From: a virus
IMG/VR virus record: IMGVR_UViG_3300031963_000094
Coordinates: 7,933 to 71,932 of that record
Strand: one strand, 5' to 3'
Length of the DNA stretch: 64,000 nucleotides
The position numbers were made by a program, and so were the translations under genes. The notes beneath the pieces are model-generated. The model worked only from the letters and a program-made list of their open reading frames with translations. It ran no database searches and was not told where the DNA came from. Positions 8,549 to 19,800 of the stretch are shown here, in pieces; within the stretch, counting starts at the first letter, position 1, and each line of letters begins with the position of its first letter.

Positions 8549-9398
8549 TAATAAAGATTTTGCTGGTAAATATGGCTTTACCTGGTGGATGGGGATTGTT
8601 GAAAAAATCAACGATCCTTTAAAACTTGGTCGCTGTAGGGTTCGTTGTGTTGGTTGGCACACCGACAATAAGTCTTTATTGCCAACAGATGACTTGCCTT
8701 GGGCGATGTCTTCAATTCCAGTAAATACCAATAATGTTTACCCGCCACGTGAGGGTGATATGGTATTTGGTTTTTTCGTTGATGGTGAAAATGCTCAAGT
8801 GCCTGTAATTCTTGGCGTACTTCCGGGTATACCACTCAATGCTGCCAACTATCAACAAGGCTTCAATGATGCTAGAACACCAGAAGAAGTTTCTGCTGCG
8901 CCAGTCAAGCCATATGAGTCATCAACAAACTATCCACGTAAGTTAGATGAACCAACAACATCAAGACTTGCTCGAAATGATTCTGATTATCCATCTGAAA
9001 TACTGACTGCAAAAAAAGAAAAAAAAGCAAGTAAAGTAGAACCAGATTCATATTACAATGCAAAGTATCCCTACAACAATGTATATGAGTCTGAGTCAGG
9101 ACATGCCCTAGAATTTGATGATACTAAAGGCGCCGAACGTGTTCATGTTTATCATCGCTCAGGCTCATACACTGAGTGGGGACCAGAAGGTGATAGAGTA
9201 GAAAGAATACAAAGAAATAAATTTGAAGTTGTTATTGGTGACGAAAAAGTTTATATAAAAGGTAATGTAGAATTATACGTAGATGGTAATGTAAACATGG
9301 AAGTTGGAGGTAATTTTCAAGCTGAAATAGGTGGAACCTGTGAGATAAACTCAAGTGGAAATATGTCATTCAATGCTCCACAAATAGATTTCAACTAA
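8535..9398 (+). CDS. gp5: Baseplate spike protein gp5 (OB-fold + beta-helix, no lysozyme domain)
   Basis: F.WWMGIVE...DPLKLGRCRVRC.GWH...LPT.DLPWA, VFGFF.DGENAQ.P.ILG, YPYN.V.ESESGH..EFDDT.GAER...YH.SG; 287 aa. Confidence 0.9.
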   Translation: MEATDNKDFAGKYGFTWWMGIVEKINDPLKLGRCRVRCVGWHTDNKSLLPTDDLPWAMSSIPVNTNNVYPPREGDMVFGFFVDGENAQVPVILGVLPGIPLNAANYQQGFNDARTPEEVSAAPVKPYESSTNYPRKLDEPTTSRLARNDSDYPSEILTAKKEKKASKVEPDSYYNAKYPYNNVYESESGHALEFDDTKGAERVHVYHRSGSYTEWGPEGDRVERIQRNKFEVVIGDEKVYIKGNVELYVDGNVNMEVGGNFQAEIGGTCEINSSGNMSFNAPQIDFN

Positions 9399-9399
9399 T

Positions 9400-9993
9400 A
9401 TGTCTGTTTTTATTGAAACTTCACAATCAAACCTTTCTGGCTTCGTTACAATACCTGACGATGACAGGGATGATATTCTTGATGCTGAAGAAAAACGTAG
9501 AACTTTACCATCAGCTTATGAAAAAACTACGTTTTCTGTCGATATGAATTTTACCGCATATTATTTGCAGATTCCGGACCTTGAAAAGGTATACGTCGAT
9601 GTTTTGGCTGTAACACCTTTATATGATTTTAATAGTATAGGATTAACTGCAAATCCTATTGATACTAATACTTTAAGAGTTATTGGTACAACTTCAAATG
9701 TTTTTCCTGGCACATATTTTCAATTTACAATGCCAACTCTTGATGCATCTGGAACAAAATATGAACAAGAAATATTAGATGCAAACACGACTAAAGATTT
9801 TTATGCTTTAAATTATTACGAAATGCCTCAACCAACAGAATTGGAATTAACTTATCCAATAAAATTAAGAGTTCAATCTACGCCACTGACTCCAGAACAA
9901 GACATTGAAATTGACTTATTTCAGTGGCATTATTGGGAATACGAGCCAGCTAGAAGAACAATTATAGATTTAGTAGCAAGGGGGAAAAACTAA
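9400..9993 (+). CDS. Hypothetical protein between gp5 and PAAR
   Basis: 197 aa ORF tightly coupled to both neighbours; no motif recognised. Confidence 0.6.
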   Translation: MSVFIETSQSNLSGFVTIPDDDRDDILDAEEKRRTLPSAYEKTTFSVDMNFTAYYLQIPDLEKVYVDVLAVTPLYDFNSIGLTANPIDTNTLRVIGTTSNVFPGTYFQFTMPTLDASGTKYEQEILDANTTKDFYALNYYEMPQPTELELTYPIKLRVQSTPLTPEQDIEIDLFQWHYWEYEPARRTIIDLVARGKN

Positions 9994-10304
9994 TGCCGGC
10001 AGTTGCAAGACAAAGCGACAGAGTTATGTCGAAAGACGGATCAGGCAAAAAATGTAAGTCTCCATTGAGAACATCGGTCGGTCAAGTCAACAGTAAAAAC
10101 GTTAGGGCTAACGGTAAATTAATTGTTGTTGCGGGCAATACTATATCGCCTCATCCTAAAAGAGGATGCACCTTAGACACATCAACATTATCATCATATT
10201 CTAGTTCGGTTAAAATAGGCGGTTTGGGAATAGGTAGAATTGGTGACGAATATGGGCCCAACATAATCACACAAGGCTCGCAAGATGTTTTTGCTGGAGG
10301 TTGA
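9993..10304 (+). CDS. PAAR-like spike tip protein (gp5.4-like)
   Basis: MPAVARQSD...V.ANG......G....H...C......S.SV.IGG..IGRIGD......I..GS.DVFAG. Confidence 0.85.
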   Translation: MPAVARQSDRVMSKDGSGKKCKSPLRTSVGQVNSKNVRANGKLIVVAGNTISPHPKRGCTLDTSTLSSYSSSVKIGGLGIGRIGDEYGPNIITQGSQDVFAGG

Positions 10305-10311
10305 ATAAATA
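10304..10311 (+). promoter_or_regulatory. Late promoter AATAAATA, 4 nt before the gp25 ATG
   Basis: AATAAATAaaacATG. Confidence 0.55.
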
Positions 10312-10315
10312 AAAC

Positions 10316-10738
10316 ATGACTACTACAATAACATCAATTAATCCTAAGATTGAAACCGAAAGGTCTTATAGAGACTTAGATTTAAATTTTACGGCACATC
10401 CTGTTAAGAAAGATGTTAGTGTTCATCTTAATGAAAAAGCTGTAATTAACTCTGTAAAAAATCTAGTATCTACTAACTTTTATGAAAGACCTTTTCAACC
10501 AGAATTAGGATCTTCAATTCGTGCTTTACTTTTTGAACCAGTTGACTCAGTTTTTGGTGCATCAATTGAAAGACGATTGCTTGATGTAATTAACAATTAT
10601 GAACCTAGAGTTTCTGTTGAATCAATTGTTGCCATACCTGCACCAGACGAAAATGGATACAAAGTGACAATGACTTTTTACATAATTAATTTAGCTAATC
10701 CAATTACAATTAATTTCTTTTTAGAACGTATAAGATAA
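10316..10738 (+). CDS. gp25: Baseplate wedge / sheath initiator
   Basis: Y.DLDLNF..HP...D......E.AV.NSVKNLV.T...ERPF.P..GS.I..LLFE...I.NYEPRV. Confidence 0.93.
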   Translation: MTTTITSINPKIETERSYRDLDLNFTAHPVKKDVSVHLNEKAVINSVKNLVSTNFYERPFQPELGSSIRALLFEPVDSVFGASIERRLLDVINNYEPRVSVESIVAIPAPDENGYKVTMTFYIINLANPITINFFLERIR

Positions 10739-10739
10739 A

Positions 10740-12803
10740 ATGGCTGAACCACTACAAGTTACAGAACTTGATTTTGATCAAATCAAGCAAAATTTAAAAA
10801 CTTATCTAAAGAGTCAATCTGAGTTTACAGATTATGATTTTGACGGTTCTGGATTAAGTATATTGTTGGATATTTTGGCTTACAACACTCACTATCAAGC
10901 ATATTACTTGAACATGGTTGCCAATGAATCATTTATGGACACGGCACTATTGAGAGATTCTGTAATTTCTCATGCCAAAGTTTTAGGATATGTACCTTAC
11001 TCAAGAAAAGCCCCACGTGCTGTTCTTAACTTCACGGTAAATACTGATGTTGATGATGGTTTAACTTTAACTATACCAAAAGGTTTTGCTTTTTTATCAA
11101 ATGAAATTGATGGGGTAAGTTATAATTTTGTAACATTAGAAGAAAAGACCGTAACTAAGGCGAATACAGATTTTTTATTTTTAAATCTGCCAATATATGA
11201 GGGTCAACTAGTAACTTATAATTTTACTTACGACCAAACAACAAATCCAAAACAAATTTTTGTTCTTCCAGATGTGAACATTGACACAACAACTTTAACT
11301 GTGTCTGTTCGTTCTTCTGCTTCAAATACAGATCAAGAGATTTATACTCTTGCTTCAGACGCTTCCGAAAACACGACAACTTCTACTGTATTTTATTTGC
11401 AAGAAAATAGAGGTCAAAAATATGCGATTTATTTTGGTAACGACGTAACAGGTAAAAGTTTAACAAACGGTTCAGTAGTAGGTGTGACTTATTTGGTCAC
11501 AAATGGAACTGCCGCAAACAAAGCAAATAATTTCGTAGCTACCGGTTCTTTGATTGACTCCGATAATGAAAATCAAACAAATTTTACTATTAATCCTGTA
11601 AGTGCTGCTTCGGGTGGTGCTGAACGTGAAAGTGTAGATGAGATAAAATTTTCGGCACCTCTTCAGTATACAACGCAAAATCGTTTAGTCACAACCAAAG
11701 ATTATGAATCTTATATTAAAAAAAGTTACCCCTCAGTTGAATCTTTATCTGTTTGGGGTGGAGAAGATGAAATACCGGCAGTTTATGGTAAAGTTTTTGT
11801 GGCACTAAAACCAAAGGATAACTATTTTATAAGCGAAGCTGAAAAGCAAAGAATAATTGACGAAATTATTAATCCAAGAGCAATTATTTCCGTTAGTGCT
11901 GAAATTAGAGATCCCGATTATCTTTATATTTTGTTGAATAATCAAGTGAAGTATGATTCTAAAAAAACTATACTTACGGAATCACAACTTTCTACGCAAA
12001 TTAGAAATGCAATTATTAGTTACAAACAAACATTTTTAAATAAATTTAATGCTATTTTTGCTCTTTCAAAAGTACAAGATCAAATTGATGGTGTAGAAAA
12101 TAACGCTATTATTGGTTCAGAAACTCTTGTCAAACTTCAGAAAAGAATCACACCAAAACTGAATATAAGTTCAAATTATACGATAAATTTTGGTGTTCCT
12201 ATTAAAAGGGGAACATTAGCTGATCGGCTGACAACAACAGAGTTTTCTGTTTATGATGCTACAGGTGTGAGTAGAACTGCAATCATTGAAGAAATTCCTC
12301 AATCATTTACAGGTGTTTCATCTATAGAAATTATAAATGCTGGATATGGATATACTTCAACACCAACAGTTACAATTTCCGGTGACGGTACAGGTGCTAC
12401 AGCAGAAGCAGTCATCGAAGGTGGAAGAATTACACAAATTAATATGACAAATCGTGGCACTGATTATACACGTGCTACCGTGACTATTACGGGTGGTGGG
12501 GGCTATAGTGGTTCCGCAACGGCGATAATTGATTCGAAAGTTGGAACACTCAGAGTTATCTACTATGATGAAAACGCCAATAGACAAATTATTGATGCTA
12601 ATGTTGGTGAAATTTATTATGATACTGGAATTATTATACTGAATGATTTAAAAATACTTTCTGTTTCGTCAAACGATGGTTTATTACGCTTGACCGTAGT
12701 TTCTGAGGAAGGTGTAATTGAGTCAACAAGAAATGTGATTATAACGATTGACGAAAATGATGCAACATCAATTGTAACAACACTTGAAAAAATGACATCA
12801 TAA
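10740..12803 (+). CDS. gp6: Baseplate wedge protein
   Basis: ELDFDQIK.NLK.YL..Q.EFTDYDF.GSGLS.LLD.LAYNTHY..YY.NMVANE.F.D.A..R.SV.SHAK.LGY.P; QNR.VT..DY; carries an extra beta-repeat insert. Confidence 0.93.
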   Translation: MAEPLQVTELDFDQIKQNLKTYLKSQSEFTDYDFDGSGLSILLDILAYNTHYQAYYLNMVANESFMDTALLRDSVISHAKVLGYVPYSRKAPRAVLNFTVNTDVDDGLTLTIPKGFAFLSNEIDGVSYNFVTLEEKTVTKANTDFLFLNLPIYEGQLVTYNFTYDQTTNPKQIFVLPDVNIDTTTLTVSVRSSASNTDQEIYTLASDASENTTTSTVFYLQENRGQKYAIYFGNDVTGKSLTNGSVVGVTYLVTNGTAANKANNFVATGSLIDSDNENQTNFTINPVSAASGGAERESVDEIKFSAPLQYTTQNRLVTTKDYESYIKKSYPSVESLSVWGGEDEIPAVYGKVFVALKPKDNYFISEAEKQRIIDEIINPRAIISVSAEIRDPDYLYILLNNQVKYDSKKTILTESQLSTQIRNAIISYKQTFLNKFNAIFALSKVQDQIDGVENNAIIGSETLVKLQKRITPKLNISSNYTINFGVPIKRGTLADRLTTTEFSVYDATGVSRTAIIEEIPQSFTGVSSIEIINAGYGYTSTPTVTISGDGTGATAEAVIEGGRITQINMTNRGTDYTRATVTITGGGGYSGSATAIIDSKVGTLRVIYYDENANRQIIDANVGEIYYDTGIIILNDLKILSVSSNDGLLRLTVVSEEGVIESTRNVIITIDENDATSIVTTLEKMTS

Positions 12804-15298
12804 TGGCTACAGATTTAAAAACATCGTTACTTGTTAATCGTCAAGTTCCCGAATTTATTCAGGATGAATATCCTACGTTCATTGCTTTTCTTGAAGCATA
12901 CTATGAATTTCTTGAACAAAAACAGGGATCAGAAACAAATGATTTGATCACACAAGCAAAGTCTCTTCGTTATGCTACCGATGTTGATGAGTCAATTGCT
13001 CAATTTCAAACAAACTTTATTAACAATTATGCCCCTTTAGTTCCACAAAACGCAACTGTTGATAAAGCATTTTTAATAAAAAATATATTACCTTTTTATT
13101 TGACTAAAGGTAATATTAAATCTTTTGAATTATTTTTCAGACTTCTTTATGGTACAGATGTTACTATAACTTTCCCAAAAGATAATATTCTTCGTGCCTC
13201 TGACGGTAAATGGACTGTAGAGAATGTTGTTCGTATTGATAATGAAGTTTATTCTTATTACATCGGAAACGGTACAAAAAAAGAATTCCTTCTTGCTCAA
13301 CAAGTTGGCAAATCTGATGTTACTGTTTATGTAAACAATGTAGAAACAACAAGTGGCTTTTACATACTTAAAGAGAGCAAGAAAATCATTTTTGATTCTG
13401 CTCCAGCAAACAATGTGGAAATAAAAGTTTTTTATGATGATTTTAATGAAACACTTTTTACGAACAGAAAAATTACAGGATTGACTTCTGGTGCTACGGC
13501 AATTGTTGAACGTGCCGCACCAAGACTAATTACACAACAAACTTCAATTGAATTGTATGTTGATGATGCCACATTACTTGGTTCATTTTTAAATGCTGAA
13601 GTAATTACAGCAGATATTTTTGCTGACGATGGTGAAACATTAATTACAATTAGATCAGACACAGTAGCAACACTCAGTTCAATTACTGTAACAAATGCTG
13701 GAGCCAGTTATAATGTTGGTGATCCGGTAACAATTATTGGTGGCGCTCCACAAACTCCAGCTGAAGCAGTTGTGAGTGAGATTTCAATTGGATTTGCTGA
13801 TGGCGCAAACGTTGGTTATGGAGGTGCTGGTTTTGCTCTAGGTGGTATCATAACTGCTTTTAATGATGATGGCACAATTACTCTTGCTACAGGTGCTATC
13901 GATACTTCGGGCGCAAACTCAGCAAATTCATACACACTCTTTACTGATACCATCAACACATATGCCAACATAGTTCTTTCAAACTCCAACTATGGTTTTC
14001 CATCAACTGTAATTCCCACTGGTGAAAACATTGCAACACGATTGGTGGATGCATTTTCAAAAGCTACAATTACTGATATTGGTCCGATGACCAATGTTGC
14101 TATAATTTACTCAGGAACAGATACATCAAACTTGACAATCGATGCTGACGGAGCAAAATACGCTAACACTTTTGACATAAAAACTTTTGGTTCAATAGGT
14201 AGAATTGACATAGTTTCTGGTGGTAGCAATTATCTAATTGGCGATGAACTTACTCTTGGTCCAAATCCAGCTGGAACATATGGTAGAGGTTTTGCGGCGG
14301 CAGTTACAAATACAAACGCTTCAGGTGCAATTACAAGAATTGAAATTCAACCATCAAGACTTACTGGCAGTGCTAACACAACGTCTGGCAATGTTGTTGT
14401 CGTTGGAAATGGCACAAATTTTATAAATGAATTGGCCGTTGGTGATCAAATCATGATTAACTCCGAATCACGATATGTCAATTCGATTTTGTCAGCAACT
14501 TCTCTTAATGTAAACGTATCCTTCACAAGAACTTCAACTGAAAGAAAAATTGGCGTATATGACCGATATCTTGTTGGTGGTCAGGGTTATATTCAAAACA
14601 ATTTCCCAACAATCACAGTATCATCGACAACTGGCGCAAATGCTAATTTACAAATTACTTCTTTGATGGGTAATGGTGAAAGACTTGGAATTACGGGTTC
14701 GGGAGTTGCCGGTTCTATTACAAAGATTCGCATAACAAACCCTGGTGCTGGCTATCAATTTATTCCAACAATCGATTTGTCGAACCGTGGTGATGGCACA
14801 GCAACAGCAGAAGCGCAAATTGAGAGGTCATATGTTTCTTTTCCCGGAAAATGGATTGGCTCGGATGGAATCATTTCATCATTAGATAGAAAGATAGAAG
14901 GTCTAGATTATTATATCGATTTCACTTATATTACTTCTGTGGCTACAGAATTTGCAAAGTATGCCAGCATTTTAAAAGATTTGTTACATCCTGCGGGCTT
15001 CAAGAATTACGCCGAGTATCCAATTTCACGACCTGTAGATTTAGATTTGACAGTTGATTCTTCAGTCACCGAAACAATTTCTGGATTAGTTTCTACAAGT
15101 GCCAACTCGATTATAGTAACAGGAACTTCGACCAAATTCAATGTTGCAAATAGTCTAGGTATCATTTCAATAGGTACACAAATCGCTATAAATAATGAAA
15201 TACGCACAATCAATGCGATTGTCAGTAACACTTCATTGACAGTCTCAAGCGCATTTACGACAAACACCTCTGCTCAGACATTGATTATTATCACATAA
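12803..15298 (+). CDS. gp7: Baseplate wedge initiator with inserted domains
   Basis: QVPEFI..EYPTF..FL.AYYEF.E, FY..KG...SF..FFR.LY...V....P...IL..SDGKW; C-terminal YY.DF.Y...LLHPAG. Confidence 0.85.
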   Translation: MATDLKTSLLVNRQVPEFIQDEYPTFIAFLEAYYEFLEQKQGSETNDLITQAKSLRYATDVDESIAQFQTNFINNYAPLVPQNATVDKAFLIKNILPFYLTKGNIKSFELFFRLLYGTDVTITFPKDNILRASDGKWTVENVVRIDNEVYSYYIGNGTKKEFLLAQQVGKSDVTVYVNNVETTSGFYILKESKKIIFDSAPANNVEIKVFYDDFNETLFTNRKITGLTSGATAIVERAAPRLITQQTSIELYVDDATLLGSFLNAEVITADIFADDGETLITIRSDTVATLSSITVTNAGASYNVGDPVTIIGGAPQTPAEAVVSEISIGFADGANVGYGGAGFALGGIITAFNDDGTITLATGAIDTSGANSANSYTLFTDTINTYANIVLSNSNYGFPSTVIPTGENIATRLVDAFSKATITDIGPMTNVAIIYSGTDTSNLTIDADGAKYANTFDIKTFGSIGRIDIVSGGSNYLIGDELTLGPNPAGTYGRGFAAAVTNTNASGAITRIEIQPSRLTGSANTTSGNVVVVGNGTNFINELAVGDQIMINSESRYVNSILSATSLNVNVSFTRTSTERKIGVYDRYLVGGQGYIQNNFPTITVSSTTGANANLQITSLMGNGERLGITGSGVAGSITKIRITNPGAGYQFIPTIDLSNRGDGTATAEAQIERSYVSFPGKWIGSDGIISSLDRKIEGLDYYIDFTYITSVATEFAKYASILKDLLHPAGFKNYAEYPISRPVDLDLTVDSSVTETISGLVSTSANSIIVTGTSTKFNVANSLGIISIGTQIAINNEIRTINAIVSNTSLTVSSAFTTNTSAQTLIIIT

Positions 15299-15301
15299 AT
15301 A
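15294..15301 (+). promoter_or_regulatory. Late promoter CATAAATA, 6 nt before the gp8 ATG
   Basis: CATAAATAtagcttATG. Confidence 0.55.
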
Positions 15302-15307
15302 TAGCTT

Positions 15308-16864
15308 ATGGCTCTAAACTATACATCAGAAAAACTTCCATTAGACAACGCTGAGAGATTTAAAGACTCTTTTAGCGATTCGGATCCGTCTATACAGTAT
15401 ATTTTTATTGGAAATCATACTCCATATTCTAATGAATCTTCGCCACCAAATATTGCTGAAACTATTTCCAGTGAAAAATTGGTCTGGGACAATATGTTTG
15501 CGGCAAAAAAAGTTACCGCAAATGATGTTGAACTTGTTATTCCAAGAGTAAATTGGACAGCAAACACAAAGTATCGTCAATATGATGATACGATTGCTTT
15601 GTCAGATTTAATTACTGGGAATACAACACAAAATTTGAAGCCATTTTATATTATTACGTCTGCTAAAAATGTTTATAAATGCCTTTCAAATAACTTCTCA
15701 TCAAATTCTACAGTAGAACCTACAGGAGATTATTCAACTTCTAATGGTGCTATTTCAACTGCTGATGGTTACATTTGGAAGTACATGTTCAATGTCAAAT
15801 CATCAAATAAGTTTTTGAATACGGAGTGGATTCCCACTCCAACAAGAAATACACAGACGAGTGGTTTGTCTGATTACAGTCTTGATGACACAGGTGTTGT
15901 AGATGGAGAATTGACAACGGTTGTGATCACTAGCGGTGGTTCTGGTTATTATGACACTAGTGTCGGTGTAACTCCTTTCATCACAGGATGTTCAATACTC
16001 ACCGTGGCAAATACCTCAAATATTGCTGCAAACATGACTGTTTCTGGCACAGGTATTTCAACGGGAACAATAATTTCTGTTCTCGACACACCCAACAATA
16101 AGATCACATTATCGTCACCTTCGACATCAAATGGTGGTGGTAATGGATCTAATATATCTGTGGCCACACGAATTTATTTTGATGGTGATGGTGTAAACGC
16201 TGCCGGTTCAGCGACACTAGCAAACGGTCAGATTTCCAAGATTACAATCACAACAATTGGAACCGGTTATTCACGTGCGAATGTTTTAATATTCGGTTCA
16301 GGCACAGGAGCTAGTGCTAGAACAATTATAGCACCAAAATATGGACATGCTAAAAATCCAGCAAAAGATTTATTGGCTAAAAATGTAATATTAACAAGTG
16401 TAATTGGTCAAGTTGATTCAACTGAGAATGGTCTGATTTCTGTTGACACTTCATTTAGACAATTTGGACTGCTCAGAAACCCGCATAAATATGGTCAAGC
16501 TGCAAAAGCAAATAATACAACAGCAAATGCAGTTATAACTCAGGCAAGAACTTTGACGCTAACACCAGGACCTTCTTATACATTGAATGAGTATGTGTCA
16601 CAAGTAACTGCTAATAATACTGTAGCATATGGCTTTGTTTATTCGCAAACGGCCACATCAGTAAAAGTTACTCAAGTAAAAGGTAGCTTTGTAGTTGGTC
16701 TTTCTTTGATTGGTTCATCATCGGGAACATCACGAACTCTAGTGGCAACAACCAATCCAGAGTTTGAGCCATATTCTGGTGATATTTTGTATGTTGAAAA
16801 CATAGAAAAAATAGAAAGAGAAGATGGTCAAGCTGAAAACATCAGATTTATTATACAATTCTAA
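15308..16864 (+). CDS. gp8: Baseplate wedge subunit
   Basis: Y.FIG...P, W.NM.A.KKV...D...VIPR.NW, VYKCL.N, DGYIWKYM, FRQ.GL..NP, SGDILY.EN...I.R...Q.E.I..IIQF. Confidence 0.92.
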   Translation: MALNYTSEKLPLDNAERFKDSFSDSDPSIQYIFIGNHTPYSNESSPPNIAETISSEKLVWDNMFAAKKVTANDVELVIPRVNWTANTKYRQYDDTIALSDLITGNTTQNLKPFYIITSAKNVYKCLSNNFSSNSTVEPTGDYSTSNGAISTADGYIWKYMFNVKSSNKFLNTEWIPTPTRNTQTSGLSDYSLDDTGVVDGELTTVVITSGGSGYYDTSVGVTPFITGCSILTVANTSNIAANMTVSGTGISTGTIISVLDTPNNKITLSSPSTSNGGGNGSNISVATRIYFDGDGVNAAGSATLANGQISKITITTIGTGYSRANVLIFGSGTGASARTIIAPKYGHAKNPAKDLLAKNVILTSVIGQVDSTENGLISVDTSFRQFGLLRNPHKYGQAAKANNTTANAVITQARTLTLTPGPSYTLNEYVSQVTANNTVAYGFVYSQTATSVKVTQVKGSFVVGLSLIGSSSGTSRTLVATTNPEFEPYSGDILYVENIEKIEREDGQAENIRFIIQF

Positions 16865-16873
16865 AGGTTAGAC

Positions 16874-19800
16874 ATGGCATTAAACTTTAACACAAATCCG
16901 TATTACGATGATTTTGATGAAGATAAAAACTTTCACAGAATCTTGTTTAGACCTGGCCGTGCTGTACAAGCACGTGAATTGACACAATCACAAACTATTC
17001 TTCAGAATCAAATTGACCGTTTTGGTAAACATGTATTTCAAGAAGGTTCAAAAGTTACTGGTGGTGAAACATTTGATGAAACTGTACTTTCTGTAAAACT
17101 TCAACCAACTTATAGTGGCAATACAATTAATATTTCTGGTTATAATGATTACTTTGCGTTTTCAACAACCAGCAATGCAGTTTATAAAATTAAAAAAGCT
17201 GAAGCTGCTACTTCTACTGATCCAAACACTTTATTCTTAGCGTTTATTAAAGGTTCTACCGTAATTAACGGAAACGCAAATGTGACGATTGCAAATTCAG
17301 AAACTTTGAGAATATATTCAACTGGGGATTTATCGTCTTCAAATATTGTAGGCAACGTCATTTCTTCAAGCACAGAATCTTCAAATACTGGAAGACTTTT
17401 TTCAGTAAATGAAGGCATATTTTTTACTAATGGATGTTTTGTAAAAACACCAAAACAAACAACCGTTGTATCGAAATACACAAATAATGCAAATGTGACT
17501 GTTGGATTCGACGTTACCGAATCTATAGTTGCTTCAACATCAGATACTTCTTTGTTAGATCCGGCTATTGGAGCTTCAAACTATATTGCTCCAGGTGCTG
17601 ACAGATATAAGATTGAACTTACATTAACTACAAAAGAAATCACTGCTGATGAATCAATTTCCGATCTTACGACATCAAAATACATTGAGTTATCAAGATA
17701 TAGAAATGGTGAATTAGTAAAACAAACTCAAACTTCTGTTTATTCTGTTCTTGGAGACACACTTGCAAGAAGAACTTATGATGAATCTGGTAATTATAGA
17801 GTAGAGGGACTTAATCCCAAAATTCCTTCAGAAAAATTCACTCCAAATAGCATTTTTACATTCGCAATTAGCCCAGGCAAAGCGTATGTTAAGGGCTATG
17901 AAATAGAAACTGTAGGTACAACTGAACTGTTATTAACAAAATCACGTGCCACCGAATCTGTTTCTGGTTATGATGTACCTGCTTACTACGGCAATTATTT
18001 TTACATAACAACAGCAAATGGCGCAGTTATAAACTTTTCAACTGCGGAGAAATTAGAACTACACAGAAATGTTGGCGCATTTAGCGCATCAACTAAAATT
18101 GCTGAAGCATATCCAAAGAATTTAGAATATGTGAGTGGCAATGGATCTACTTCAACCTATAAACTACATCTATTCAATATTGTAAAAACAAGTAACACAC
18201 CAATTGACTTGACACGTGCCATTATAGCGGGCAACTCAACATCAGTCAATGCTACCTGTAACATTTCAAACAGTTCAGTTATTACAAGAACAATTGCTGG
18301 TACAAATTATTCATATTCGAATGTAATTAACTTGGCTAGTTCAACAGGTGTTACTGTTGGTATGGAAGTTTCGGGTACAAATATTTCATTTCCAACTTAT
18401 GTAACTGCTATAAATGGTAACGATATTACTGTAAGTGGAAATCCTGTTGGTAACAATACGCTACAGTCTCTTACCTTCAGATCAGCGTATTTGACGGATA
18501 CTAACTATGACTCGTCTGTTTTTGAGGCTTCGTATGATGTAATCAAGCAATTCTCTCAAGTTAATTATTATACCAAACGAGTTTTCAAATCGGTTTCATT
18601 TGTTGCTGGAGTGGCTTCAGTTCAGACAAATGATGGAACAGAAAGATTTGCTAATGTAAGTGGTGCAAATTTACAAAGACACTATGCTATTTGTATTCGC
18701 ACTGGTGGTACAGGATCTTTTCCGAATTTTACATGGGTCAACTTGAGTGCTGGTTCTTATATTAGTGTGCCTTCACCATCAGTCGGTTCTCCAGCAACAC
18801 TGAATATCAATTTGGGAGATGCCACTTTCAATGGCACGGCAGATATTCTGACCACACTTGATATTACAGCAGCAACGAGAAGAACAAAAACGCTGTCTCA
18901 AAATGACATCAAATACTTTACTGTATTGGATTCGGCAAACACATTCTCTTTAGGCTATGCGGATGTAATCAACGTTTCGGCAATTTATATTGCGACTGGT
19001 TCAAATACAGCATCAAACGCTAATGTAAACGTTGTTGGAAGTTTTGATATTGATCTTGGTCAAAGAGATAGCTTCTATGATCATTCTACGATCAAATTAA
19101 AGAACGGAGCAACTGTAAATACTGGCAACACGTTGGTGATCTTTAATCGTTTTACACATTCGGGGACAGGGTATTTCGATACTTTATCTTACCCAACATA
19201 CGATGAAATTCCAGCTTATACAAAAACTGATGGTACAGTAATAGATTTAAGAGATTCAATAGACTTTAGACCAATCAGAACGGCAAATGCGTCTTCTAAT
19301 GTTTATTCAAATCTCTCAATGTCGTTTGCCTCACAACAAATTGTTGATTCATTAATTGGTTCCGTTGATACTGATGTTGAATATTATCTCAGAAGAAATG
19401 ATAAAATTGTATTGACAAAAAATGGTACGTTCAAAACTCTGACTGGTGTTAGCGCATTGACGAACCCACCAATTCCAAATAATGAAGAAGATTCAATGAC
19501 ACTTTATACTTTGTCAATTGATCCATACACTTATACAGCAAGTAATGTAAAAATTCAAGTTGAAAATAATAAACGTTATACGATGAAAGATATTGGTTCA
19601 ATTGATAATCGTTTAACTAGAGTTGAATATTATACCGCACTTAATCTGTTAGAAAAAGATATAGCGTCAACGGTATATTATGATGACCAAGATAATCAGT
19701 TATTTAACAACGGTTTTGTTGTAGATTCTTTCAAAGGTCATAGCATAGGTGATGTGTTTAATCCTGACTACAGTTGTTCAATTGATTACGATAATGAAAT

